From Escherichia phage vB_EcoM_G2285, in the sequence record MK327933.1: a DNA stretch of 64,000 bases; one strand, given 5' to 3'. This document shows positions 55,708 to 64,000 of the stretch, in pieces. Under the pieces are notes generated by a model. The model was not told where the DNA came from, ran no database searches, and saw only the letters and a list, made by a program, of their open reading frames with translations. Both the position numbers and the translations under genes were made by a program. How positions within the stretch are numbered: position 1 is the first letter of the stretch; each line of letters begins with the position of its first letter.

Positions 55708-56580
55708 ATGGCATTTTTTAAGCAAACTCCTAAACAATTAATCGATACCGGCGAAATTGGTAATGCCTCAACAGGTGATATCTTATTCGACGGTGGTAAT
55801 AAAATAAATGACGATATCAACGCTATTTACAATGCATTTGGCGATCAACGTAAAATGGCCGTAGCAGATGGAACCGGACCTACAGGTCAAACTATTCATG
55901 CCACAGGTTATTATCAAAAAGGAAAGGCGGTTGATTATCAAACTCCTATTAAACCAGGCACCATGCATGATATTGATGCTTCTGATGGTGGCGTGATTGT
56001 TATTATCGACCGTCCTGAATTAGGTGACTCTGTAGAATTCATAAACTCTAATGGGTCTATTTCTGTTAACAATCCTTTAAGTATCCAAGTAACAGATGGT
56101 TCGATTAAAGGTGTTCTTAATAATCTTGTTATTTCCACCCCTTATACCCATGTTGTTCTTCGTTGTATTGAACTTAATGGGCCAACTTCAGTATGGAATT
56201 ATTCTACTGATAGCATGTTTGGGCAGAAAGAATCTCCTGTCGATGGGACTTGGAGTCTTACAGGAAACACAGTTTCTATTCCTCTGTTTTATCGCACAGA
56301 TTATAACATGGCTAAATTGCTTGTTACATGCCAATCCGCCGACGGTAGAAAAATAAAAACATGCGAAATAAATATTCTAATAGATACAATTAACTCAGAA
56401 GTTCTTTCTACCGAATTTGCAGTAATGCGAGTTGGTAATGTAGATGAAACCGACGAGATTGCTAATATTAGCTTTAGTATTATTAACAACTTTGTTACTA
56501 TGACGATTACATCTGATATTATTGGATTACGTTCAGCAGTTAAAATTATCTCAACTCAGAAAATTGGGGTCGCTCAATAA
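55708..56580 (+). CDS. 9: Baseplate wedge / long tail fiber socket protein gp9
   Basis: 290 aa; ...KQLIDTGEIGNASTGDILFDGGNKIN...VAQ. Confidence 0.9.
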   Translation: MAFFKQTPKQLIDTGEIGNASTGDILFDGGNKINDDINAIYNAFGDQRKMAVADGTGPTGQTIHATGYYQKGKAVDYQTPIKPGTMHDIDASDGGVIVIIDRPELGDSVEFINSNGSISVNNPLSIQVTDGSIKGVLNNLVISTPYTHVVLRCIELNGPTSVWNYSTDSMFGQKESPVDGTWSLTGNTVSIPLFYRTDYNMAKLLVTCQSADGRKIKTCEINILIDTINSEVLSTEFAVMRVGNVDETDEIANISFSIINNFVTMTITSDIIGLRSAVKIISTQKIGVAQ

Positions 56581-58385
56581 TGAAACAAAATATTAAAATT
56601 GGTAACGTCGTTGATGACGGACAAGGCGATTACCTTCGTCGAGGTGGTGAAAAAATAAATGAGAACTTTGACGAAATCTATTATGAATTAGGTGATGGTG
56701 AAGTTCCTTATGCCGCTGGCGCATGGAAGACTTATGATGCGGCTGACGGTCTTAATCTTAAGGCTGCTTGGGGTAAATCTTATGCAATTAATACTACTTC
56801 TGGACGAGTTTCGGTAAATCTTCCTAAAGGGACAATTGCAGACTATAATAAAGTTATTCGTGCTCGTGACGTATTTGCAACTTGGAACATTAACCCTGTT
56901 ACTTTAATTCCGGCAAATGGGGACACGATTAAAGGTTCTTCATCTCCGGTAGAAATTAACGTTCAGTTCTCTGATTTAGAATTAGTTTATTGTGCTCCTG
57001 GACGTTGGGAATACATCAAGAACAAACAAATTGATAAAATAGTTAGCTCTGACATTAGTAATGTTGCTCGTAGAGAATATCTGGTTGAAACCCAAGGTCA
57101 GACCGATTTCATGGATGTTTTTAACGGGACCTCTTATAACGTTAACAACATTCGCGTAAAACATCGTGGCAACGAATTGTATTATGGTGATGTATTCAGT
57201 GATAATAGTGATTTTGGTTCTCCAGGCGCTAATCCTGGTGAACTGGTTGCACTTGATGGATTTAATATTAGATTACGCCAACCATGTAATGTTGGGGACA
57301 CTGTACAAATTGAGACATTCCTAGATGGTGTTTCTCAGTGGCGTAGTTCATATACTCGTCGCCAAGTTCGCATTTTAGATAGTAAATTGACTGCTAAAAA
57401 GTCTATTGACGGAAGTATTTACGTCACTGATTTGAGTACATTCAGGTCTATTCCATTTACAGCATTTGGTATTAATCCTACAGAACCACCTAACCCGAAT
57501 TCATTAGAAGTTCGCTTCAATGGTATTCTCCAAGAATTAGCGGGTACTGTTGGAACTCCTATTTTCCGTTGTGAAGGTGTGGATGCTGATTCTGAAGAGT
57601 CATGCGCTAATCTCGGTGGGACATGGACTCAATCATATACAGATTATGCGATTGAATATACTGATAATATCCCTAGCGCAATTCTGTTTGACCGTCAATT
57701 TGAAGACCAAGACATTATTACCATCACATGGTTTAATAACGATTTAGGAACTCTTCTTGAAATGGAAGAAATTCTTGATGTCGCTGATGAGAAATATGTT
57801 TCTCAAGGGTCTAACATTGAAATTACTGGTGACGTTGCATTAACCGATTTCGATAAAATTGGATGGCCTAATGTAGAACCTGTTCCTAAGTATGAACGTG
57901 AATTCTCGACTATCTCAGCAATATTTGACACAATTTATCCTGTCGGGACTATTTACGAAAATGCGGTTAACCCTAATAATCCGGCCACTTATTTAGGTTT
58001 TGGTTCGTGGAAAATTTGGGGACAAGGCAAAGTATTAGCAGGTTGGAATGACGACGCGTCGGATCCTAATTTTGCATTAAATAATAATGACCTCGACGTC
58101 AATAATAACCCTACTCATACCGCAGGTGGTACCGTTGGTGTAACATCCATCACATTAGAAAATGCTGATTTACCAGCTACACAAACCGATGAAAAGGTTC
58201 TTATTTCTGATGATAATGGTACAGTAATTATAGGCGGTTGCCAATACGACCCGGATGAAGAAGGTCCTATTTACACTAAATATCGTGAAGACTATGCAAA
58301 GACTAACGGATCTCATGTTCCAGCACGTTCTATAACTAATATTCAGCCATCTATAACTGTATACCGTTGGGTAAGGATTGCATAA
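56580..58385 (+). CDS. 10: Baseplate wedge protein gp10
   Basis: 601 aa ORF, ATGA overlap with gene 9. Confidence 0.9.
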   Translation: MKQNIKIGNVVDDGQGDYLRRGGEKINENFDEIYYELGDGEVPYAAGAWKTYDAADGLNLKAAWGKSYAINTTSGRVSVNLPKGTIADYNKVIRARDVFATWNINPVTLIPANGDTIKGSSSPVEINVQFSDLELVYCAPGRWEYIKNKQIDKIVSSDISNVARREYLVETQGQTDFMDVFNGTSYNVNNIRVKHRGNELYYGDVFSDNSDFGSPGANPGELVALDGFNIRLRQPCNVGDTVQIETFLDGVSQWRSSYTRRQVRILDSKLTAKKSIDGSIYVTDLSTFRSIPFTAFGINPTEPPNPNSLEVRFNGILQELAGTVGTPIFRCEGVDADSEESCANLGGTWTQSYTDYAIEYTDNIPSAILFDRQFEDQDIITITWFNNDLGTLLEMEEILDVADEKYVSQGSNIEITGDVALTDFDKIGWPNVEPVPKYEREFSTISAIFDTIYPVGTIYENAVNPNNPATYLGFGSWKIWGQGKVLAGWNDDASDPNFALNNNDLDVNNNPTHTAGGTVGVTSITLENADLPATQTDEKVLISDDNGTVIIGGCQYDPDEEGPIYTKYREDYAKTNGSHVPARSITNIQPSITVYRWVRIA

Positions 58386-59044
58386 TGACTGTACTTAATA
58401 CAAAGGCGGGAGTTATTTCCCGCCATGCTGATTTTTTGAATTACAGAAAAAATCCAGCTCAAATTGATGTTTTAAACAACCAAGCTGTAGGTTCCGTGAC
58501 TATTTCTCAGTTAGCTCGCGGTTTTTATGATGCTAACGTAGAATCTGCAATAAATGATGTCCATAATATGGCACGAGCCGATATTGGTACTGTTGTCACA
58601 AACACTTCAGGCATATCGCCTGAAGGTACAGCACAAGTTGATTATTGGACTTTTTCCGGTGATGTTCTCGACGATACTTTGGACACTGGAACGCCAGTCG
58701 TTATTAACGTATTTGGACTTGCTGTTAAAGCAACAATCGGTATGACTGATAACGAATTAACGGCACAAGTTCGTATAGCTTTACAAGAAGCCATTGCTAA
58801 TCAAATCGCTATTTCTTCTTATAAAGACCATCCGTCTGAAGGTAATAAACTTCAGGTGACATATTTAGATAACCAACGTCATGTGTTGCCAACATATGCT
58901 TCGTTTGGTGTAACAATTTCGCAAGAAATTTTGTCTGAAGCAAAATCCGGATACGGAACATGGAATTTATTGGGTGCCCAAACGGTTACTCTTGATAACC
59001 ATGATACTCCTACCGTTTTCTACCACTTTGTGAGAGCCTCATGA
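58385..59044 (+). CDS. 11: Baseplate wedge protein gp11 (short tail fiber attachment)
   Basis: ORF 58367-59044; ATG at 58385 ([14 protein letters not shown]...) gives 219 aa with ATAATGA overlap. Confidence 0.85.
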   Translation: MTVLNTKAGVISRHADFLNYRKNPAQIDVLNNQAVGSVTISQLARGFYDANVESAINDVHNMARADIGTVVTNTSGISPEGTAQVDYWTFSGDVLDDTLDTGTPVVINVFGLAVKATIGMTDNELTAQVRIALQEAIANQIAISSYKDHPSEGNKLQVTYLDNQRHVLPTYASFGVTISQEILSEAKSGYGTWNLLGAQTVTLDNHDTPTVFYHFVRAS

Positions 59045-60624
59045 GTAATAACAATACATACCAACACGTTTCAAACGAATCCATTTACGTTGAATTCGAC
59101 CCTACGGGGTCGAATTTTCCAGATACAGTCACTAATGTCCAAGCCGCATTAGCTGCTATTTCTCCTTCAGGTGTTAATGGTGTACCGGAAGCAACAACTA
59201 CTACACCAGGAATTATTCAAATAGCTACTCCACAAGAAGTTATTGATGGATTAGATAATAATAAAGCTGTTACTCCGGCAACACTGAATGCTCGTCTACA
59301 ATATCCTAATGCAACCGAAACTCAATATGGCTTAACTCGATATGCTACTGAAGATGAAGCGGTAACCGGAGCTATTGACGATGCATCAATTACTCCGCTT
59401 AAATTGAATCAAAAAATAGACAATGTATTTCAGACAAAAGTGTCAACAGAAGCAACAAATGGTGTAATTAAAATTTCAACTTCTGCCGCGGCATTAGCTG
59501 GTTCTGACGATACAACGGCAATGACTCCGTTAAAAACGCAACAATTAGCAATTAAACTTATTTCGCAAATTGCTCCAAATAATAGTGACGCCACCGAATC
59601 TATTACAGGTGTTGTTCGTTTGGCTACAGTTGCTCAAGCACAACAAGGCACCCTGCGTGAAGGCTATGCAATTTCACCTTATACCTTTATGAATTCGGTA
59701 GCATCAGAAACTAATAAAGGTGTCGTTAAACTAGGGACACAGACTGAAGTAAATAGTAACAACTCTTCAGTTGTAGTGACCGGCGCAACATTAAATGGAC
59801 GTGGGGCTACAACTTCTTTACGTGGAGTTGTTCGTTTAACTACACAAGCAGGTAGCCAATCAGGCGGTGATGGTTCTTCTGCCCTTGCTTGGAATGCTGA
59901 TGTTATCCACCAACGAGGCGGACAAACTATTAATGGCACGCTTCGCATTAATAATACGTTGACGGTTGGTTCTGGTGGAGCTAATATAACCGGTAATGTC
60001 AATATGACTGGTGGTTATATTCAAGGCAATCGTATTGTGACTCAAAATGAATTAGACCGAATTCTTCCAGTTGGCGCTATTACAATGTGGGCTGCAGATA
60101 GTTTACCGAGTTCTGACTGGCGTTTCTGTCACGGTGGGACTGTTTCTGCTTCAGAATGTCCGGTATATGCTTCCAGAATTGGGACCCGATATGGTGGTAG
60201 TTCTTCTAACCCGGGCTTGCCTGATATGCGTGGATTATTTGTTCGCGGCGCAGGTCGTGGTAACCATTTAACTAACCCTAATGTTAATGGTAATGACCAA
60301 TTCGGTAAGCCTCGTCTGGCGGTAGGTTGTACCGGTGGATATGTCGGTGAAGTGCAAAAACAACAGATGTCATATCATAAGCATGCTGGCGGTTTTGGTG
60401 AACATGACGATTCCGGTGCATTTGGTAATACTCGTCGTTCAAACTTTGTTGGTACTCGTAAAGGACTTGACTGGGATAACCGTTCATATTTTACTAACGA
60501 AGGATATGAAATTGATCCAGCGTCTCAGCGTAACTCTAAATATACCATGAATCGTCCAGAATTAATTGGAAATGAAACTCGTCCATGGAATATTTCTTTA
60601 AACTATATCATTAAGGTAAAATAA
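59041..60624 (+). CDS. 12: Short tail fiber protein gp12
   Basis: 527 aa ORF (matches gp12 length); repetitive N-terminal shaft ([13 protein letters not shown]..., [26 protein letters not shown]). Confidence 0.9.
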   Translation: MSNNNTYQHVSNESIYVEFDPTGSNFPDTVTNVQAALAAISPSGVNGVPEATTTTPGIIQIATPQEVIDGLDNNKAVTPATLNARLQYPNATETQYGLTRYATEDEAVTGAIDDASITPLKLNQKIDNVFQTKVSTEATNGVIKISTSAAALAGSDDTTAMTPLKTQQLAIKLISQIAPNNSDATESITGVVRLATVAQAQQGTLREGYAISPYTFMNSVASETNKGVVKLGTQTEVNSNNSSVVVTGATLNGRGATTSLRGVVRLTTQAGSQSGGDGSSALAWNADVIHQRGGQTINGTLRINNTLTVGSGGANITGNVNMTGGYIQGNRIVTQNELDRILPVGAITMWAADSLPSSDWRFCHGGTVSASECPVYASRIGTRYGGSSSNPGLPDMRGLFVRGAGRGNHLTNPNVNGNDQFGKPRLAVGCTGGYVGEVQKQQMSYHKHAGGFGEHDDSGAFGNTRRSNFVGTRKGLDWDNRSYFTNEGYEIDPASQRNSKYTMNRPELIGNETRPWNISLNYIIKVK

Positions 60625-62072
60625 TGGCTGATATAACTCTGGTAGATTTACCATATGTTGACGGCCCGCCAGACGCGGGTCAGAGTCGTATTGAATGGAT
60701 TAAAAACGATGAAGAAATAACAGGTGCTGACACAAAATATGGTTCTGAAGGTGTAATGAACCGTCCTATTGTTGAAGTTCAACGTAACGTAGAAGCGTTA
60801 GATGTTAATATTAAAACTATAGCATCTTCTTTGAATACGGCCAATGAAGATATCAAAGTTATTCAAGGTATTTTAGATGTTTCTGGGGATGTTGATGCTC
60901 TTGCACAGATAGGCCAGAACACCCAAGATATTGATGTCATTAAAGTCACAGTTCAAACCCATGCTAGTGAATTGAATGATTTGAATGAACATATTGATGC
61001 GAATACTGATGATATTGGTGTTTATAATCAGGAAACAGATTCAGTTTATAGAACGGTTCGTAATGACCTGCTTTGGATTAAAAATGAATTAGGACAATAT
61101 ACTGGTCAAGATATTAATGGGGTTCCTACTCCAGGAAATGATAGCACTGGTATGAAACGCCGTATTATGACTAATAGCTCCGTAATTGTTGACCACGGTG
61201 TTCGATTAACTGATTTAGAAACTAAATTTGCTGATTCTGACGTCGGCTCTTTAACTATTGAAGTCGAACACTTGCGCGAAGAAATGGGGCCTCGTACTTC
61301 TTTCACTACTCCAGTGTTTAGTCGTCTTTCCGGTATTGATTTAACTTTGTCGCGTCAAAATGCTGACTTGGATGGCATTAAACAGTCTATTGGGTATCCT
61401 AATACGACTTCTATTATTACTACAACTAATGCGAATAGTTCAGCAATAAACGACATTAATCTTGAGCTCAATCAATCGGGTGGTATTAAACCTCGTTTGA
61501 CTACAGTAGAAACTGCCATTGGCGCTGATGATTTGCCTACTACAATCCAAGGACGTATTAAACTCAATACTGATGCTATCGGAGCATTGAACACTGTTGT
61601 CGGCTCTGATTCTTCGTCAGGATTGCGTTTTAATGTGTCATGGTTAAATAACGTAGTCGGTGTTGACGCTTCAGGTGGGAAACCGGAACCAGAAGGCTCT
61701 TTGCTTTATCGTACTAGAGCGCTTGAAGGATCTATCGGTGAGATGAGTAATGACATTCAGAACATTCAAACTGATGTTGGGACTAATACCACAGGGGTTA
61801 AGGGTTCTGTAAACACATTAAATACTCTTATAAACGGCACCAACCCAAATGGTTCGACTGTTGAAGAACGTGGTATATTGCCTACAGTTAAAAGTCATGA
61901 TACGACAATTAATGGTTTAACTTCTAGAATTGCTACTCTTGAAACTGATTTGGCCGCTGCAGAAGCTGAAATCCAAACTCTTAAGGACGCTGGATATATT
62001 GAAGATGCTCCTTCAGACGGTAAATTCTATGTTCGCAAAGATGGTGCATGGGTTGAACTTCCTACAGCTTAA
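60624..62072 (+). CDS. wac: Fibritin (whisker antigen control) Wac
   Basis: 482 aa coiled-coil protein; C-terminal foldon-like GYIEDAPSDGKFYVRKDGAWVELPTA. Confidence 0.9.
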   Translation: MADITLVDLPYVDGPPDAGQSRIEWIKNDEEITGADTKYGSEGVMNRPIVEVQRNVEALDVNIKTIASSLNTANEDIKVIQGILDVSGDVDALAQIGQNTQDIDVIKVTVQTHASELNDLNEHIDANTDDIGVYNQETDSVYRTVRNDLLWIKNELGQYTGQDINGVPTPGNDSTGMKRRIMTNSSVIVDHGVRLTDLETKFADSDVGSLTIEVEHLREEMGPRTSFTTPVFSRLSGIDLTLSRQNADLDGIKQSIGYPNTTSIITTTNANSSAINDINLELNQSGGIKPRLTTVETAIGADDLPTTIQGRIKLNTDAIGALNTVVGSDSSSGLRFNVSWLNNVVGVDASGGKPEPEGSLLYRTRALEGSIGEMSNDIQNIQTDVGTNTTGVKGSVNTLNTLINGTNPNGSTVEERGILPTVKSHDTTINGLTSRIATLETDLAAAEAEIQTLKDAGYIEDAPSDGKFYVRKDGAWVELPTA

Positions 62073-62078
62073 TGAAAA

Positions 62079-62092
62079 GGGCCTTCGGGCCC
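62079..62092 (+). other. GC hairpin after wac (no U-tract)
   Basis: GGGCCTTCGGGCCC palindrome immediately after the wac stop. Confidence 0.4.
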
Positions 62093-62104
62093 TAAAGGAT
62101 TTAT

Positions 62105-63031
62105 ATGTCAGGTTATAATGCACAAAACCCTAAAGAATTAAAGGATGTAATATTACGTCGTTTAGGCGCTCCTATTGTAAATGTTGAATTAACTACAGAC
62201 CAAATTTATGATTGTATTTCACGAGCGTTAGAACTTTATGGCGAATACCATTTTGACGGGTTGAATAAAGGTTTCCATGTATTTTTTGTTGATGACGAAG
62301 AAAAATACCGTCACGGCGTATTTGATATGAGTGGTTCTAACGTATTTGCTGTAACAAGAATTATAAGAACAAACGTTGGCTCTATTACTTCAATGGATGG
62401 TAATGCAACGTATCCATGGTTCACTGATTTCCTTTTAGGAATGGCCGGTGTTTCAGGTGGTATGGGTAGTAATTGTGGTAAATTCTATGGCCCGAACGCT
62501 TTTGGCGCTGATCTCGGGTATTATTCTCAATTAGTATCTTATATGGGTATGCTTCAAGATATGATTGCTCCTCTTCCAGATTTTTGGTTTAACTCTGCAA
62601 ACGAGCAATTAAAAGTAATGGGTAACTTTAGACAGAAAGATGTCATTATCGTTGAATCGTACGTTCGCTCTTATATCGAGACCCATAAGATGGTAGGAAA
62701 TACAGTAGGGTACGGTCAGGTTGGTCCTCGTGATTCATGGTCTATTTCTGAACGTTATGATAATCCAGACCATAATTTGGTCGGACGTCGAGTTGGTGAA
62801 GATCCTGCAACTAAACAAGGTGCATATAACAACCGCTGGGTTAAAGATTATGCAACTGCATTAGCTAAAGAGCTTAATGGACAAATTCTTGCTAAACATC
62901 AAGGTATGATGTTACCGGGTGGCGTCACTGTTGATGGTGTTCGATTAATTGAAGAAGCTCGTTTAGAGAAAGAAGCTTTACGAGAAGAGTTATATTTACT
63001 GGACCCTCCTGCAGGTATTTTGGTAGGTTAA
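62105..63031 (+). CDS. 13: Neck protein gp13
   Basis: 308 aa ORF in the gp13 position. Confidence 0.85.
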   Translation: MSGYNAQNPKELKDVILRRLGAPIVNVELTTDQIYDCISRALELYGEYHFDGLNKGFHVFFVDDEEKYRHGVFDMSGSNVFAVTRIIRTNVGSITSMDGNATYPWFTDFLLGMAGVSGGMGSNCGKFYGPNAFGADLGYYSQLVSYMGMLQDMIAPLPDFWFNSANEQLKVMGNFRQKDVIIVESYVRSYIETHKMVGNTVGYGQVGPRDSWSISERYDNPDHNLVGRRVGEDPATKQGAYNNRWVKDYATALAKELNGQILAKHQGMMLPGGVTVDGVRLIEEARLEKEALREELYLLDPPAGILVG

Positions 63032-63032
63032 T

Positions 63033-63797
63033 ATGGCAACTTATGATAAAAATCTTTTCGCCAAACTAGAAAATCGTGGTGGGTATTCTCAGACAAATGA
63101 GACTGAGATTTTAAACAAATACGTGAACTTCAACAAATACGAAAATAGTCAAACCCTAGCTGATGTGTTAGTGGCAGAAAGCATACAGATGCGCGGTATT
63201 GAATGTTTTTATGTTCCACGTGAATATGTTGCCGTGGACCTTATCTTTGGTGAGGACCTTAAAAATAAATTTACTAAAGCATGGAAATTTGCTGCATATC
63301 TGAACTCTTTTGAAGGTTATGAAGGAGCGAAATCGTTCTTCAGCAACTTCGGAATGCAAGTTCAAGACGAAGTTACATTATCTATTAACCCGGGTCTTTT
63401 CAAACACCAGGTCAACAATCAGGAGCCCAAGGAAGGTGATTTAATATACTTCCCAATGGACAATAGTTTGTTTGAGATTAACTGGGTTGAACCATATGAC
63501 CCATTCTATCAAGTAGGTAAAAATGCGATTCGTAAAATTACTGCAGGCAAGTTTATTTACTCTGGCGAAGAAATCAATCCGGTGCTTCAGAAAAATGAAG
63601 GTATCAATATACCTGAATTTAGTGACTTGGAACTTAACCCTGTTAGAAATCTTGACGGTATCCATGACATTAATATCGATGAATATTCTGAAGTTGAGCA
63701 AATCAATTCAGAGGCAAGTGAATATGTTGAGCCGTATGTAGTAGTTAACAACCGTGGTAGACAAAATTCACCATTTGACGATGGGTTTATGAATTAA
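63033..63797 (+). CDS. 14: Neck protein gp14
   Basis: 254 aa ORF in the gp14 position. Confidence 0.85.
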   Translation: MATYDKNLFAKLENRGGYSQTNETEILNKYVNFNKYENSQTLADVLVAESIQMRGIECFYVPREYVAVDLIFGEDLKNKFTKAWKFAAYLNSFEGYEGAKSFFSNFGMQVQDEVTLSINPGLFKHQVNNQEPKEGDLIYFPMDNSLFEINWVEPYDPFYQVGKNAIRKITAGKFIYSGEEINPVLQKNEGINIPEFSDLELNPVRNLDGIHDINIDEYSEVEQINSEASEYVEPYVVVNNRGRQNSPFDDGFMN

Positions 63798-63846
63798 TAA
63801 ATAGATAAGATAAAGCAAACACCGGTCGAAAGGCCGGTTAGGAGAA

Positions 63847-64000
63847 ATGATGTTTGGTTATTTTTACAACTCGTCGTTCAGGCGATATATCACAATGATG
63901 GGCGATTTGTTTTCAAATATCCAAGTTAACCGTCAATTGTCTACAGGCAATAAATTAATTAGAGTTCCTATTACGTATGCATCTAAAGAGCACTTTATGA
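63847..64000 (+). CDS. 15: Tail sheath stabilizer / tail completion protein gp15, N-terminal part (runs off window end)
   Basis: ATG at 63847 with GGAG upstream; MMFGYFYNSSFRRYITMMGDLFSNIQVNRQLSTGNKLIRVPITYASKEHF. Confidence 0.75.
   Translation, partial: MMFGYFYNSSFRRYITMMGDLFSNIQVNRQLSTGNKLIRVPITYASKEHFM

Noticed and set aside
59679-60002. Minus-strand ORF of 107 aa inside gene 12
   Set aside because: Antisense to the short tail fibre gene; proline/threonine-rich translation typical of the reverse frame of a repetitive gene.
62079-62092. Hairpin after wac as a rho-independent terminator
   Set aside because: Strong GC stem but no following U-tract; kept only as a hairpin.

Overview
This 64 kb window is a contiguous stretch of a T4/RB69-like (Tevenvirinae) myovirus genome. 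All calls are from reading the six-frame translations and the DNA by eye; no searches were run, so family names rest on recalled motifs and synteny. Coordinates 1-43600 are almost entirely minus-strand early/middle genes: DNA replication and recombination (gene 43 N-terminal part, regA, 62, 44, 45, rpbA, 46, 47, 55), anaerobic nucleotide metabolism (nrdH, nrdG, an interrupted nrdD carrying a GIY-YIG endonuclease ORF, 49, nrdC, rI, tk, regB), a denV / internal-protein / lysozyme e / nudE block, long runs of small accessory ORFs, a reduced tRNA cluster, then acb1 (57B) and 57A. Coordinates 43600-64000 are the conserved late module (1, 3, 2, 4, 53, 5, 5.1, 5.4, 6-12, wac, 13, 14, start of 15). 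The most notable observations are: gene 43 ends prematurely at about 506 aa and is followed by a promoter and the start of a GIY-YIG endonuclease gene (split or interrupted polymerase); additional homing-endonuclease-like genes flank gene 45 and gene 46; near-identical promoter/stem-loop cassettes recur through the accessory regions; five internal-protein-like genes carry capsid-targeting N-termini; a family of small membrane proteins shares a C-terminal ENFIKECR motif; and a three-gene module pairs a membrane protein with a Pol-beta-type nucleotidyltransferase-fold protein and a secreted protein. No CRISPR array, integrase or rRNA was seen.
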